Positions 1 to 9,241 of a DNA stretch of 64,000 bases are shown here, piece by piece. The stretch's first letter is position 1; each line of letters starts with the position of its first letter. The translations under genes were made by a program, and so were the position numbers. The notes under the pieces are model-generated. The model was not told the origin of the DNA. It searched no databases and saw only the letters and a program-made list of their open reading frames with translations. Source of the stretch: Chitinophagaceae bacterium (lineage in GTDB: Bacteria; Bacteroidota; Bacteroidia; Chitinophagales; Chitinophagaceae); NCBI GenBank assembly GCA_032110825.1, contig JAULVY010000089.1, positions 140 to 64,139 of the forward strand, given 5' to 3'.

Positions 1-982
1 CAAGAGGTCCTGTTTCCTTTTCTATAATAAGGTCGATTTCGTTACCCAAGTTTTCCCTGAAATAAAATATTTCGTCATTTTCACCCTGGTTGCGTTTATT
101 CTTCATAATCTCGGAGATGCACCAATTCTCAAAAATAGCGCCAGCCTGAGTGTGTTTTTTGAATCCAGCCTTTGACGATATCGTTAACAGCGTGCAAAGT
201 AAACCTGTGTCATAGAAATAGAGTTTCGGGCTCTTAACGATTCTTTTATTTAGGTTATTATGCCAGGGTTGTAACCGGAAAAGGATATAACTGCTCTCAA
301 GTAAACCCAGCCATGACTGAATGGTTTTGGTATCAACACCAACTTGCCGAGACAATTCATCTCTATTTAGTATTTGTCCGGCGTGATTAGCGCATAGAAA
401 TACAAAGCGATTAAATAAGGCGAGGTTAGAAATATTTTTAAGTTGACGAACATCTCGCTGTATATAGGTTTGTATGTAGCTATTCAACCATTTTTGCGGA
501 TGTAATTTCTCCGTCCAGATTTCCGGATATCCTCCAGAGAGCATGTTATTTAGAAGATCAGTCGCAGGCATTTTTGCCCCTTTTAATTCCTGAAAACTGA
601 AAGGCAATAATGTCAAATAGCCTGCTCTTCCGGCCAGGGACTGTGAGACTTGTTCTTGCAATAGAAAGTTATTGGATCCGGTAAGGATGAATTGCCCACG
701 AGATGTGTTTTTATCCAACAAAACTTGCAAGTGCCTGAACAGAGCAGGTACACGCTGCACTTCATCGAAAATGGCACCTGACTTATATTTTTGCATAAAG
801 GCACTTGGACTCTTTTGAAATAAATTCTGAATAACAGGATCTTCAAAATTGACATACGACTTGTCTTTAAAGAGCATTTTGCTAAGGGTTGTCTTTCCAC
901 TTTGCCGTGGCCCCGTTATGCAGAGTGCCCTAAATTGAGTCAAGGCAAACTTTGCTTCTTCAATAATTGCCCGTGATATCAT
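1..982 (-). CDS. AAA+ ATPase, AAA_14/DUF4143 family (partial, runs off left edge)
   Basis: Missing from the ORF track. 5' part translated by hand from ATG at 982: MISRAIIEEAKFALTQFRALCITGPRQSGKTT (Walker A). Downstream FDEVQ (Walker B), LTGS and KLYFYDTG motifs typical of this family. Confidence 0.85.
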   Translation of the reverse strand, partial: MISRAIIEEAKFALTQFRALCITGPRQSGKTTLSKMLFKDKSYVNFEDPVIQNLFQKSPSAFMQKYKSGAIFDEVQRVPALFRHLQVLLDKNTSRGQFILTGSNNFLLQEQVSQSLAGRAGYLTLLPFSFQELKGAKMPATDLLNNMLSGGYPEIWTEKLHPQKWLNSYIQTYIQRDVRQLKNISNLALFNRFVFLCANHAGQILNRDELSRQVGVDTKTIQSWLGLLESSYILFRLQPWHNNLNKRIVKSPKLYFYDTGLLCTLLTISSKAGFKKHTQAGAIFENWCISEIMKNKRNQGENDEIFYFRENLGNEIDLIIEKETGPL

Positions 983-1158
983 AGATTCCATTTTTGTATA
1001 AATATACATAAATGGAATTTGATTCCATAATTTACATATTTTACAAAAATGGATTTTCTGTAAACCAGGTTTAGGAGTGAAATGAAAAAAAACTTAGGAA
1101 ATAACATATAGGGATGTAATTATCCCAAGAATAAAGAATTTGGAACGAAGGAGTCATA

Positions 1159-1192
1159 AAACAAAAAACCCCTCCGTTTCTGAAGGGGTTTC
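1159..1192 (-). terminator. Rho-independent terminator downstream of tRNA-Asp
   Basis: On - strand AAACCCCT...AGGGGTTT stem followed by a T-tract. Confidence 0.75.
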
Positions 1193-1268
1193 TGCGGACC
1201 GGACGGGACTCGAACCCGCGACCTCCGCCGTGACAGGGCGGCATTCTAACCAACTGAACTACCGATCC
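1193..1268 (-). tRNA. tRNA-Asp(GTC)
   Basis: Reverse complement GGATCGGTAGTTCAGTTGGTTAGAATGCCGCCCTGTCACGGCGGAGGTCGCGGGTTCGAGTCCCGTCCGGTCC folds as a cloverleaf with anticodon GTC. Confidence 0.97.
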
Positions 1269-1287
1269 TTGTGCTCAATTTGGGTGG

Positions 1288-1295
1288 CAAAGATA
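1288..1295 (-). promoter_or_regulatory. Bacteroidota sigma-ABfr -7 element (TATCTTTG) for tRNA-Asp
   Basis: Matches TAnnTTTG about 20 nt upstream of the tRNA. Confidence 0.65.
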
Positions 1296-1382
1296 TAAAT
1301 TTTTGGCATCGAGAAAACAATTTCCCCTAGAAAAAATAGGGATGATTTTATTTACCTTTACCGCCCGAGACAAAACCAATCC

Positions 1383-2366
1383 ATGGGAGAAAATAACCCT
1401 AGACAGTTTTTAGACTTCGAAAAACCGATCAAAGACTTGTTCGACCAAATTGATCAGTTGAAAGCTACTGCCGAAAAAAATAAAATCGACTTAACCGATT
1501 CTATTCGGCAATTAGAAGAAAAAATTCAAGAGAAGAAAAGAGAAATCACAGCCCATTTATCCAGTTGGCAAAAAGTTCAGCTCAGCAGGCACCCAGAAAG
1601 GCCCTATACCCTTTCTTATATTGAAAAAATGTGCACAGATTTTGTGGAATTGCATGGCGATCGAAACTTCAAAGACGATAAGGCTATTGTTGGAGGTTTT
1701 GGTAAACTTGATGGCCAAACTGTAATGATTTTAGGGCAACAAAAAGGCGTAAACACCAAAATGCGTCAATTGCGAAATTTTGGTATGGCCAATCCCGAGG
1801 GATACAGAAAAGCTCTCCGTCTCATGAAATTAGCTGAGAAATTCAATAAGCCAGTCATTACACTGGTTGACACTCCAGGAGCATTCCCGGGAATTGAAGC
1901 CGAAGAAAGAGGACAAGGGGAAGCCATTGCCAGGAATATATATGAAATGCTTCAGCTAAAGGTCCCGGTGATCTGCGTTATTATAGGAGAAGGGGCAAGT
2001 GGCGGTGCCATGGGAATTGGCGTAGGTGATAAAGTGTACATGATGGCCAATACATGGTATACAGTCATTTCTCCTGAAAGTTGCAGTTCTATTTTATGGA
2101 GAAGCTGGGATCATAAAGAAAAAGCTGCTGAAGAACTAAAGCTCACGGCTGAGCACATGCTTAGCTTTGGTTTAGTGGATGGTATCATTGATGAACCGCT
2201 AGGCGGTGCTCATTGGGATCACAACGAGGCCGCAGTACTTTTGAAAAATCAACTTCGTAAAGCACTCGCAGAATTAAAATCTCTAGACCCACACTCCCGA
2301 ATAGAAAACCGAATAGAAAAGTTTTCTAAAATGGGGCGTTGGGAAGAAACATCAACACATACGTAA
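1383..2366 (+). CDS. accA: Acetyl-CoA carboxylase carboxyltransferase alpha subunit
   Basis: [30 protein letters not shown] and VISPESC motifs. Confidence 0.97.
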   Translation: MGENNPRQFLDFEKPIKDLFDQIDQLKATAEKNKIDLTDSIRQLEEKIQEKKREITAHLSSWQKVQLSRHPERPYTLSYIEKMCTDFVELHGDRNFKDDKAIVGGFGKLDGQTVMILGQQKGVNTKMRQLRNFGMANPEGYRKALRLMKLAEKFNKPVITLVDTPGAFPGIEAEERGQGEAIARNIYEMLQLKVPVICVIIGEGASGGAMGIGVGDKVYMMANTWYTVISPESCSSILWRSWDHKEKAAEELKLTAEHMLSFGLVDGIIDEPLGGAHWDHNEAAVLLKNQLRKALAELKSLDPHSRIENRIEKFSKMGRWEETSTHT

Positions 2367-2368
2367 AG

Positions 2369-3256
2369 ATGGCAGACATTAAACATCCATTTGCGGGTAC
2401 GGGAGTTGCAATTGCAACTCCATTTAAAAAAAATGGATCAATTGATAAAAAGGGATTACAAAAATTAATTGATCATTTGGTAGAGGGATATGTGGACTAC
2501 CTCGTGGTATTGGGAACAACAGGTGAAAATGCCACACTTAACACATCAGAAAAACAAGATGTTTTTTCTTCAGTACATAAATTCAACAAAGGAAGAGTCA
2601 AGCTGGTAGCCGGCTTAGGAGGAAACGATACCCAAGCAGTGATTAAATCGTTTAAGGATTTTGACTTAAAGGGGTATAGCGCAATTCTTTCGGTAAGTCC
2701 CTATTACAACAAACCGACAAGCGAAGGAATATTTCAACATTACAAAGCCTTAAGCAAGGCTACTCCCCTTCCCATCATCATGTACAATGTGCCCGGGAGA
2801 ACGGGGATGAATGTTAATGCTGCAACAACGTTACGCATTGCAAACGAGTGTAAAAATATCATTGCAACAAAAGAAGCTTCCGGAAACATGGAACAGATCA
2901 TGCAGATTTTAAGGGAAAAACCTGCAGGATTTGAAGTAATTAGTGGCGATGACGCATTAACGCTTCCTCTGATGGCTTGTGGAGCTATTGGTGCTATTTC
3001 TGTTGTAGCAAATGCGTATCCTAGAGAATTTTCACAATTGGTAGATAAATGCCTGGACTACAAATACGTTGCCGCAAGATCACATCACGAAAAACTCCTG
3101 CCCATCATTCAATCGCTGTTTACAGAGGGCAGTCCAAGTGGAGTCAAAGCATATCTTGCTGAAATGGGAATCATAGAAGAATACTTCAGACTCCCCGTAG
3201 TTCCGGTAAGTGAATCACACAAAAAAGTGATCAAAAAGCTATTGAAAGCTAAGTAA
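2369..3256 (+). CDS. dapA: 4-hydroxy-tetrahydrodipicolinate synthase
   Basis: GTTGE, YNVPGRTG, KEASG and SGDD motifs. Start moved to MADIKHP (ATG 2369), just after the accA stop. Confidence 0.95.
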   Translation: MADIKHPFAGTGVAIATPFKKNGSIDKKGLQKLIDHLVEGYVDYLVVLGTTGENATLNTSEKQDVFSSVHKFNKGRVKLVAGLGGNDTQAVIKSFKDFDLKGYSAILSVSPYYNKPTSEGIFQHYKALSKATPLPIIMYNVPGRTGMNVNAATTLRIANECKNIIATKEASGNMEQIMQILREKPAGFEVISGDDALTLPLMACGAIGAISVVANAYPREFSQLVDKCLDYKYVAARSHHEKLLPIIQSLFTEGSPSGVKAYLAEMGIIEEYFRLPVVPVSESHKKVIKKLLKAK

Positions 3257-3261
3257 TAGTA

Positions 3262-4455
3262 TTAGCCTTTTTTCAATACCCAATTTTTATAGCGATGCAT
3301 GGCTTCTAGGAAATAATAATCTCCATACGTCAGCGGAACATCCACTTCAGAGTTTGCCGGCAAATGACCAACTCCGTGATTGATGAGAAAGCCGCCAAGC
3401 TCTCCTTTCTTAGCTACGTATTCATCCGAAGCCAGTTTCACGATGATTTGTCGCGCTGTCTCAATATAATTTTCCCTTTCCTTCCCTCTGGTATACTGCG
3501 CCAATTCCAATAAACCAGAAGCCATAACAGAGGCAGCTGATGCATCGCGAAGTGCATTGGGGATATTAGGCGCATCAAAATCCCAATACGGAATTTTATC
3601 AGATGGCATGTTGGGATGATTCAATAAAAACTTTATCACATTGCGGGCATGGTTCAGATAACGCTCATCTTTTACAAATCGATACATCATGGTAAACCCA
3701 TAAAATCCCCAGGCGTTTCCACGCGACCATGTTGAAGCATCGCTATACCCCTGATGATTTTTACCGGCAATTAACTTACCGGTCTCCAAATCATAATCCA
3801 ATACATGGAAAGCGCTATAATCAGGGCGATAATGGTTCTCCAATGTGCTGTTGGCATGATTGATGGCGATCTCCCTGAATTTTGGGTCTCCCCCATTTTC
3901 AGACACCCATAGCAATAACTCCAAATTCATCATGTTATCAATGATAACGGGACAATTGAAATTTTTATTCTTATTCCAGCTTTGAATGGATTTGATTTGA
4001 GGCCTGTATCGAGTAATAAGCGACATGGCCGCCGTATCAATTGTCGTTCTATCCTTGGGATCCTTAAATAATCTGTAATTGTTTCCAAAGGGGCAATACA
4101 TCATAAAACCCAAATCGTGATTGCCTGTATAATGCTTTTCTTTTTCTTGAATAGCCAGTCGCTTTTTCGCAATTTTAAGAACATCCTGATCGCCAGTATG
4201 CTCATAGATATAGAGGAGGCTTGCAGGAAAAAACCCGCTACACCACCATTTGGTATTGCTCACTTCTACTTTACTAGAAGTTTTATTGAATGTTTTTGGC
4301 ATCATGGAATCCGGCACATTGCTTTCCAATATTTTATACTGCGAGGCTGCATGAGCAAACTGCTGCTCAATGAGTTTAGCCATATCCACTTGAGAAAAAG
4401 ATGCAAGTGAGAAAAGAGACGAAAATAAAAGACTAAAAAACGGTTTCATTGACAA
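3262..4455 (-). CDS. Glycoside hydrolase family 88 (unsaturated glucuronyl hydrolase), secreted
   Basis: NHDLGF, VIIDNMMNLELL, WSRGNAW and DASAA motifs; N-terminal signal peptide. Confidence 0.88.
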   Translation of the reverse strand: MSMKPFFSLLFSSLFSLASFSQVDMAKLIEQQFAHAASQYKILESNVPDSMMPKTFNKTSSKVEVSNTKWWCSGFFPASLLYIYEHTGDQDVLKIAKKRLAIQEKEKHYTGNHDLGFMMYCPFGNNYRLFKDPKDRTTIDTAAMSLITRYRPQIKSIQSWNKNKNFNCPVIIDNMMNLELLLWVSENGGDPKFREIAINHANSTLENHYRPDYSAFHVLDYDLETGKLIAGKNHQGYSDASTWSRGNAWGFYGFTMMYRFVKDERYLNHARNVIKFLLNHPNMPSDKIPYWDFDAPNIPNALRDASAASVMASGLLELAQYTRGKERENYIETARQIIVKLASDEYVAKKGELGGFLINHGVGHLPANSEVDVPLTYGDYYFLEAMHRYKNWVLKKG

Positions 4456-4529
4456 GTTGTTTCAATAAATATAAATCATTCAATAAAATGAACCGCTAAA
4501 TCCATAATATTGAACAGAAATTTTTTGCC

Positions 4530-5960
4530 TTGAAGATCGCATTGAATGAAGTAACCGTTTCCCTGGCCGGGAAAACTATTTTAAATAAACTTAGCTTTCA
4601 GATCCATGAAAAGCAACATTTGGGTATTTGCGGTCCAAGTGGCTCCGGAAAATCAATATTAGCAAAGGTTATCAGTGGGGATATTTTCTGTAGGGGCGAT
4701 TTGCTTTTTCTTGATTCAAATGAAAGTACAATCACGCCTAAAATCACACGTGTTGAACAACAACACCGATTCAAAAACAGAAGTAATGTCAGTAATTTTT
4801 ACTACCAACAGCGATACAATTCAACGGATAATGAAGACAGTCTAACTGTAGGAGAAGAATTGGACCAACATGGAATTTCCATGGACATGAGTTGGATACG
4901 TGTATTTAATATTGAAGAACTCGTTGCAAAACCCATGATTCAACTATCCAATGGGGAAAACAAAAGACTTCAATTGGTTAAAGCATTATCCTCCTCACCT
5001 GATATACTAATATTGGATAATCCTTTTTTAGGATTAGATGAAGAAGGAAGAAAAACCCTATCAGAAAGCATAAACAGTATTGCAGCGTCTGATATAAAAA
5101 TTATATTGATCGCTTCACCTGAAGATTTTCCCTCATGCATTAGTCACATGGTATGGCTAGAAAATAATCTTGCTCAATTTATCCCTGTGGATGAGTATTC
5201 TAGAATAAAAGAACATTCTAATGAAGAGATTCAAAATGAATTTCAAAATCTCCCCTTTTCGTTTGATTCAATTAGCAAAAGCCTTGATCCAATTATTGAA
5301 ATTAAAAATCTACATATTCAATATGGAGATCAAATTATTTTAAAAAATATCAACTGGACTGTTCTTCGAGGTGAACGGTGGTGCGTGACTGGACCCAACG
5401 GATCGGGAAAATCAACTCTGCTTAGTTTAATCACTGCTGACAATCCCCAAGGGTACGCAAATGAAATCTATTTGTTTGGGAAAAAAAGAGGCTCTGGAGA
5501 GAGTATTTGGGAAATCAAATCCAAAATTGGCTATGTATCGCCTGAATTGCATCTTTATTTTGAACAAGGATTCACATGCAAAGAGGTTGTGGCTTCAGGT
5601 TTGTTTGATACCATAGGTTTATTTAGAAAACTCAATAAAGAGCAGGAAGTTCAGGTTTTAAAATGGATGGATATCATGGGCATTTCAAACATCCAGGATA
5701 AGTATATACATCAATTGTCACTTGGTCAACAACGATGGATAATGCTTACACGAGCACTAATAAAAATTCCTGAATTATTGATTTTAGATGAGCCCTGTCA
5801 GGGTCTTGACCAAATTCAAACAAAACGTTTTGTAGCTCTAATAGATTCGCTATGCAGCAGAACCAATACCACTTTGATTTATGTAAGTCACTACAGTGAA
5901 GACATTCCAAAATGCATTACAAACAGCCTTAAATTAGAAAAAGGGGAAATTTACAAATAA
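4530..5960 (+). CDS. ModF-like ABC ATPase with two nucleotide-binding domains
   Basis: Two Walker A motifs (GPSGSGKS, GPNGSGKST), LSNGE and LSLGQ signatures, DNPQGYAN and SIWEIKSKIG segments typical of ModF. Confidence 0.8.
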   Translation: MKIALNEVTVSLAGKTILNKLSFQIHEKQHLGICGPSGSGKSILAKVISGDIFCRGDLLFLDSNESTITPKITRVEQQHRFKNRSNVSNFYYQQRYNSTDNEDSLTVGEELDQHGISMDMSWIRVFNIEELVAKPMIQLSNGENKRLQLVKALSSSPDILILDNPFLGLDEEGRKTLSESINSIAASDIKIILIASPEDFPSCISHMVWLENNLAQFIPVDEYSRIKEHSNEEIQNEFQNLPFSFDSISKSLDPIIEIKNLHIQYGDQIILKNINWTVLRGERWCVTGPNGSGKSTLLSLITADNPQGYANEIYLFGKKRGSGESIWEIKSKIGYVSPELHLYFEQGFTCKEVVASGLFDTIGLFRKLNKEQEVQVLKWMDIMGISNIQDKYIHQLSLGQQRWIMLTRALIKIPELLILDEPCQGLDQIQTKRFVALIDSLCSRTNTTLIYVSHYSEDIPKCITNSLKLEKGEIYK

Positions 5961-5961
5961 C

Positions 5962-6405
5962 TTATTTTACAGTTAGTGTAGTCCCGTTTACTTCAACTGT
6001 TTTTTTAGTTAACCCGCTATTGGCTGGACCTTGAGTTACGGAACCATTAATAGAAAAATTAGAACCATGTAATGGGCAATTGAAACTGGTTGTATTCTTT
6101 ATGAATGTAACGGCAGCTCCGGCATGGGGACAAACATTAGAAAAAGCAACAAAGCTGGTCACTGTATTTCCAGTTGCAGTTCTAACAACAATTACACCGT
6201 TATCACTGATAAAATCATTAACAGCCAATAATTGGCTATTGAGGTTTGCAGTAAGCAATACGGTGGTGCCCCCTGTATTTCCTCCTGAGTTATTGGATCC
6301 GGAACCTGAGCTGGTTTCATCTTTAGAACAGGCTTCCATCATGCAAGCTACACAGGTAAATGCGAGTCCTCCGGTAAGTTTGTTTAAAAAATCTTTACGT
6401 TCCAT
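5962..6405 (-). CDS. Rieske [2Fe-2S] lipoprotein
   Basis: CPHAG and CPLHGS Rieske ligands; ERKDFL Tat-like N-terminus; lipobox-like MEAC. Confidence 0.85.
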   Translation of the reverse strand: MERKDFLNKLTGGLAFTCVACMMEACSKDETSSGSGSNNSGGNTGGTTVLLTANLNSQLLAVNDFISDNGVIVVRTATGNTVTSFVAFSNVCPHAGAAVTFIKNTTSFNCPLHGSNFSINGSVTQGPANSGLTKKTVEVNGTTLTVK

Positions 6406-6489
6406 AATCTTAATATTAGATCATATGACAAAATAAGTGACGCTTTGTTTAAAAAAATCAATAAAAATGTAGAAATTCAAAAACAGAAT

Positions 6490-7173
6490 ATGAACCTACA
6501 CGAGATCATAGAACCCTTTACAATGGAGTGGTGGATAAGCATGGTTACTGTGCTCACCTTGATTTCTGTACTGATTATTTTACCTAAATATTATTGGTGG
6601 GCCCAGACAACCTACTACCCCAAAGCGATAGCTATGCTTCTGCTTTTGAACCTCCTGATTGAAAACGGCTATGCAATGTATTCTGGCAGTTGGAATATGC
6701 GTCAAAATTTACCACTTCACCTTTGTGGTTTTAGTTCGATTTTGGGGATTGTTTTGTTGTTCCGTTTTAATTTATTCTGGGCGGAAATGTATTTCTTCTT
6801 TGGGCTTACTGGAGGTATACATTCGCTGATAACCCCGGAATTTGATTTAGGCAAAGAAGGATTTTTCTACTACTCGTATTTCATCAGTCACGGTGGATTG
6901 TTATTGGTCGCTTTTTACCTATCCATTCACCAAAATCTTACCCTTAGAAAAAACTCCTGGCTTCGAGCATTTTTAGCCATTCAAGTTTTGGCCCTGGTGG
7001 TTGGACTCTTTAACTATTTCACGGGGTCGAATTACATGTATTTAAGCAGCCCCCCTATTGTTGAAAATCCGCTTATCATTGGACCGTGGCCTTGGTATAT
7101 CCTTGTTTTTGAGGCTTTGGCCTTATTGCACTTTTTTGTCTTTTACAAGGCACATAGACTTATCAATCCGTAG
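6490..7173 (+). CDS. TIGR02206/YwaF-family integral membrane protein
   Basis: LPLHLC, SHGG and SNYMYL motifs, PWPWY C-terminal signature, multiple TM helices. Start probably ATG 6490 (track start 6445). Confidence 0.8.
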   Translation: MNLHEIIEPFTMEWWISMVTVLTLISVLIILPKYYWWAQTTYYPKAIAMLLLLNLLIENGYAMYSGSWNMRQNLPLHLCGFSSILGIVLLFRFNLFWAEMYFFFGLTGGIHSLITPEFDLGKEGFFYYSYFISHGGLLLVAFYLSIHQNLTLRKNSWLRAFLAIQVLALVVGLFNYFTGSNYMYLSSPPIVENPLIIGPWPWYILVFEALALLHFFVFYKAHRLINP

Positions 7174-7364
7174 TGTAGTACTCTTGAACTCTTTCATTCT
7201 GAATGGGTTAAGAAATAAAATACTTTATTCACATTAGAATAACACTTGCACCCTATCCTTAACAATTTGGTAATGTTAAAAAAAGACTCTTCAAAAAGAG
7301 AAGGTACATCTTTGTCGCGCAATTAAAAGATAAGCCCTTGACAATTAAACTATTCTAAGCCATA

Positions 7365-8549
7365 GTGCTTTGTTCGTTTACAGGTCTCTTCAATCCTGCA
7401 CATGGACAGGTACAAGTACCAAAAATGGATACGAAAAAGTGGTATGAAACCATCTCTCTTAGAGGATATATGCAAGTTCGATACAATCGACTTCTAGAAA
7501 CCAACCCATTGCTCAAATGTGAGCAATGTGATCGCTCTTGGGGTGATGGTGGCTCATTTTCGATCCGCAGAGGCCGTTTGATTTTCAGCGGCAACTTAAC
7601 TGATCGTATTTATTTTTATATACAACCAGATTTCGGCAGTTCCGCCGGTACAACAGGCAATGTATTTCAATTGAGGGATGCCTATTTTGATGTGGGTTTT
7701 GATAAAAAAAATGAATTCAGAATCAGATTTGGTCAAAGTAAAGTCCCCTTCGGTTTTGAAAATATGCAATCGAGTCAGAACCGACTGCCGTTAGATCGTT
7801 CCGATGCATTAAACTCTGAAGTTGCCAATGAGCGAGATCTAGGTGTATTTTTTTACTGGGCACCAGAAAAAGCAAGAAAACTTTTTGCTGATTTTGTTCG
7901 CAACAACGAAAAAGGATCTGGAGATTACGGTGTTTTTGGAATTGGCCTTTACAACGGGCAAACTGCGAACCGGCCAGAACAGAATAACAATCTCCACCTT
8001 GTTTCTCGGTTAAGCATCCCCATAAAGATTGGCAACCAATACATAGAACCAGGTGTACAAGGTTATGTAGGCAGATATGTTGTTGCATCCGACACCAGAA
8101 GCAGTTCTGTGAAATCTCCTAACAACTTTGATTTTAAGGAAAGGCGGCTTGCTGGAACGTTCATTTTATACCCCAGACCTCTAGGCATTCAAGCAGAGTA
8201 CAATGTTGGAAGAGGCCCGAAATACACTGCTAATGGAGACTCCATCCTAACCCGACCCCTTTCAGGCGGATATGCTACAATTAGTTATAAAATTCAAGGG
8301 AAGCGAAAAGATGAAGTCTTTTATCCGTTCACCCGAATACATTCGTACACGGGTGGCAAAAAGCATGAATTGGATGCCAGATCATACAATGTAAAAGAAT
8401 TAGAATTGGGTTTAGAGTGGCAATTCAATAAATATTTTGAACTTACAGCAATGTATGTCATTTCCCATCGGAATACGGATGACAGTAGAATAAAGAACAA
8501 CGATCAAAAAGGAAGACTACTGCGACTACAAACACAAATAAACTTTTAA
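7365..8549 (+). CDS. Phosphate-selective porin (OprO/OprP-like)
   Basis: RRGRLIFSG, LRDAYFD and GQSKVPFGFE porin motifs, C-terminal Phe, upstream of DUF47 and PiT. Start uncertain (see finding on the in-frame TAA). Confidence 0.8.
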   Translation: MLCSFTGLFNPAHGQVQVPKMDTKKWYETISLRGYMQVRYNRLLETNPLLKCEQCDRSWGDGGSFSIRRGRLIFSGNLTDRIYFYIQPDFGSSAGTTGNVFQLRDAYFDVGFDKKNEFRIRFGQSKVPFGFENMQSSQNRLPLDRSDALNSEVANERDLGVFFYWAPEKARKLFADFVRNNEKGSGDYGVFGIGLYNGQTANRPEQNNNLHLVSRLSIPIKIGNQYIEPGVQGYVGRYVVASDTRSSSVKSPNNFDFKERRLAGTFILYPRPLGIQAEYNVGRGPKYTANGDSILTRPLSGGYATISYKIQGKRKDEVFYPFTRIHSYTGGKKHELDARSYNVKELELGLEWQFNKYFELTAMYVISHRNTDDSRIKNNDQKGRLLRLQTQINF

Positions 8550-8567
8550 ATCTTTAAATAAACACAC

Positions 8568-9215
8568 ATGGCAGTTAATTCATTCTTCAAGATTTTTCTA
8601 CCTAAAGACAGGATATTCTATAGCTTATTTGAAACTGTTGCAGACACGGTTCACAAAATGAGTATCACGCTTCAGGAAATGGTATACGAATCTGATGAAG
8701 ATAAGCGCGCCTCCATACTCGCTCAAATTGAAAATTTAGAACACAAGAATGATGATTTAACCCATAATATATTTACTGAATTGGGGAGGAATTTTATAAC
8801 ACCATTCGATAGAGAGGATATACATCAATTGGCAACAGCCTTAGATGATATTGCAGACTATATTTATGCATCAGCTAAGAAAATCAATTTTTATAAAATC
8901 AATCCAAATGATACAGGTATTCACAAAATGACAGAGATGATTTTGCAGGGAAGTATAGAAGTGAAAAAAGCTGTTCATGGGTTAAGAGACATGAAAAATC
9001 TAAGAGAAATGACCGAGGCATTGGTAAAAATAAATAGCATTGAAAATCAGGCTGACGATGTATTTGACATGAGCATTGAAATGTTATTTAATAATGAAAA
9101 TGACTTTAAAGAAGTAATTAAAAAAAGAGAAATCTATCAAGTGTTGGAGATTGCTACCGACAAGTGCGAGGATGCGGCCAATGTGATTGAGTCGATTATC
9201 ATTAAGTACGCGTAA
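8568..9215 (+). CDS. DUF47/PhoU-like phosphate transport regulator
   Basis: FITPFDREDI and DKCED motifs; directly upstream of pit. Confidence 0.9.
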   Translation: MAVNSFFKIFLPKDRIFYSLFETVADTVHKMSITLQEMVYESDEDKRASILAQIENLEHKNDDLTHNIFTELGRNFITPFDREDIHQLATALDDIADYIYASAKKINFYKINPNDTGIHKMTEMILQGSIEVKKAVHGLRDMKNLREMTEALVKINSIENQADDVFDMSIEMLFNNENDFKEVIKKREIYQVLEIATDKCEDAANVIESIIIKYA

Positions 9216-9241
9216 CCCAGAGTGACCTTCAACCGATTATC

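Noticed and set aside
613-900. 95-aa minus-strand ORF in the track
   Set aside because: Out-of-frame shadow inside the real AAA+ ATPase gene (982 to <1).
1071-1253. 60-aa ORF over tRNA-Asp, and similar ORFs at 22231-22686 and 39393-39575
   Set aside because: Translations of tRNA genes.
1-1268. AAA/DUF4143 ATPase next to tRNA-Asp as a possible island edge or defence gene
   Set aside because: No integrase, att-like duplication of the tRNA 3' end or partner gene is visible in the window; this family is commonly solitary.
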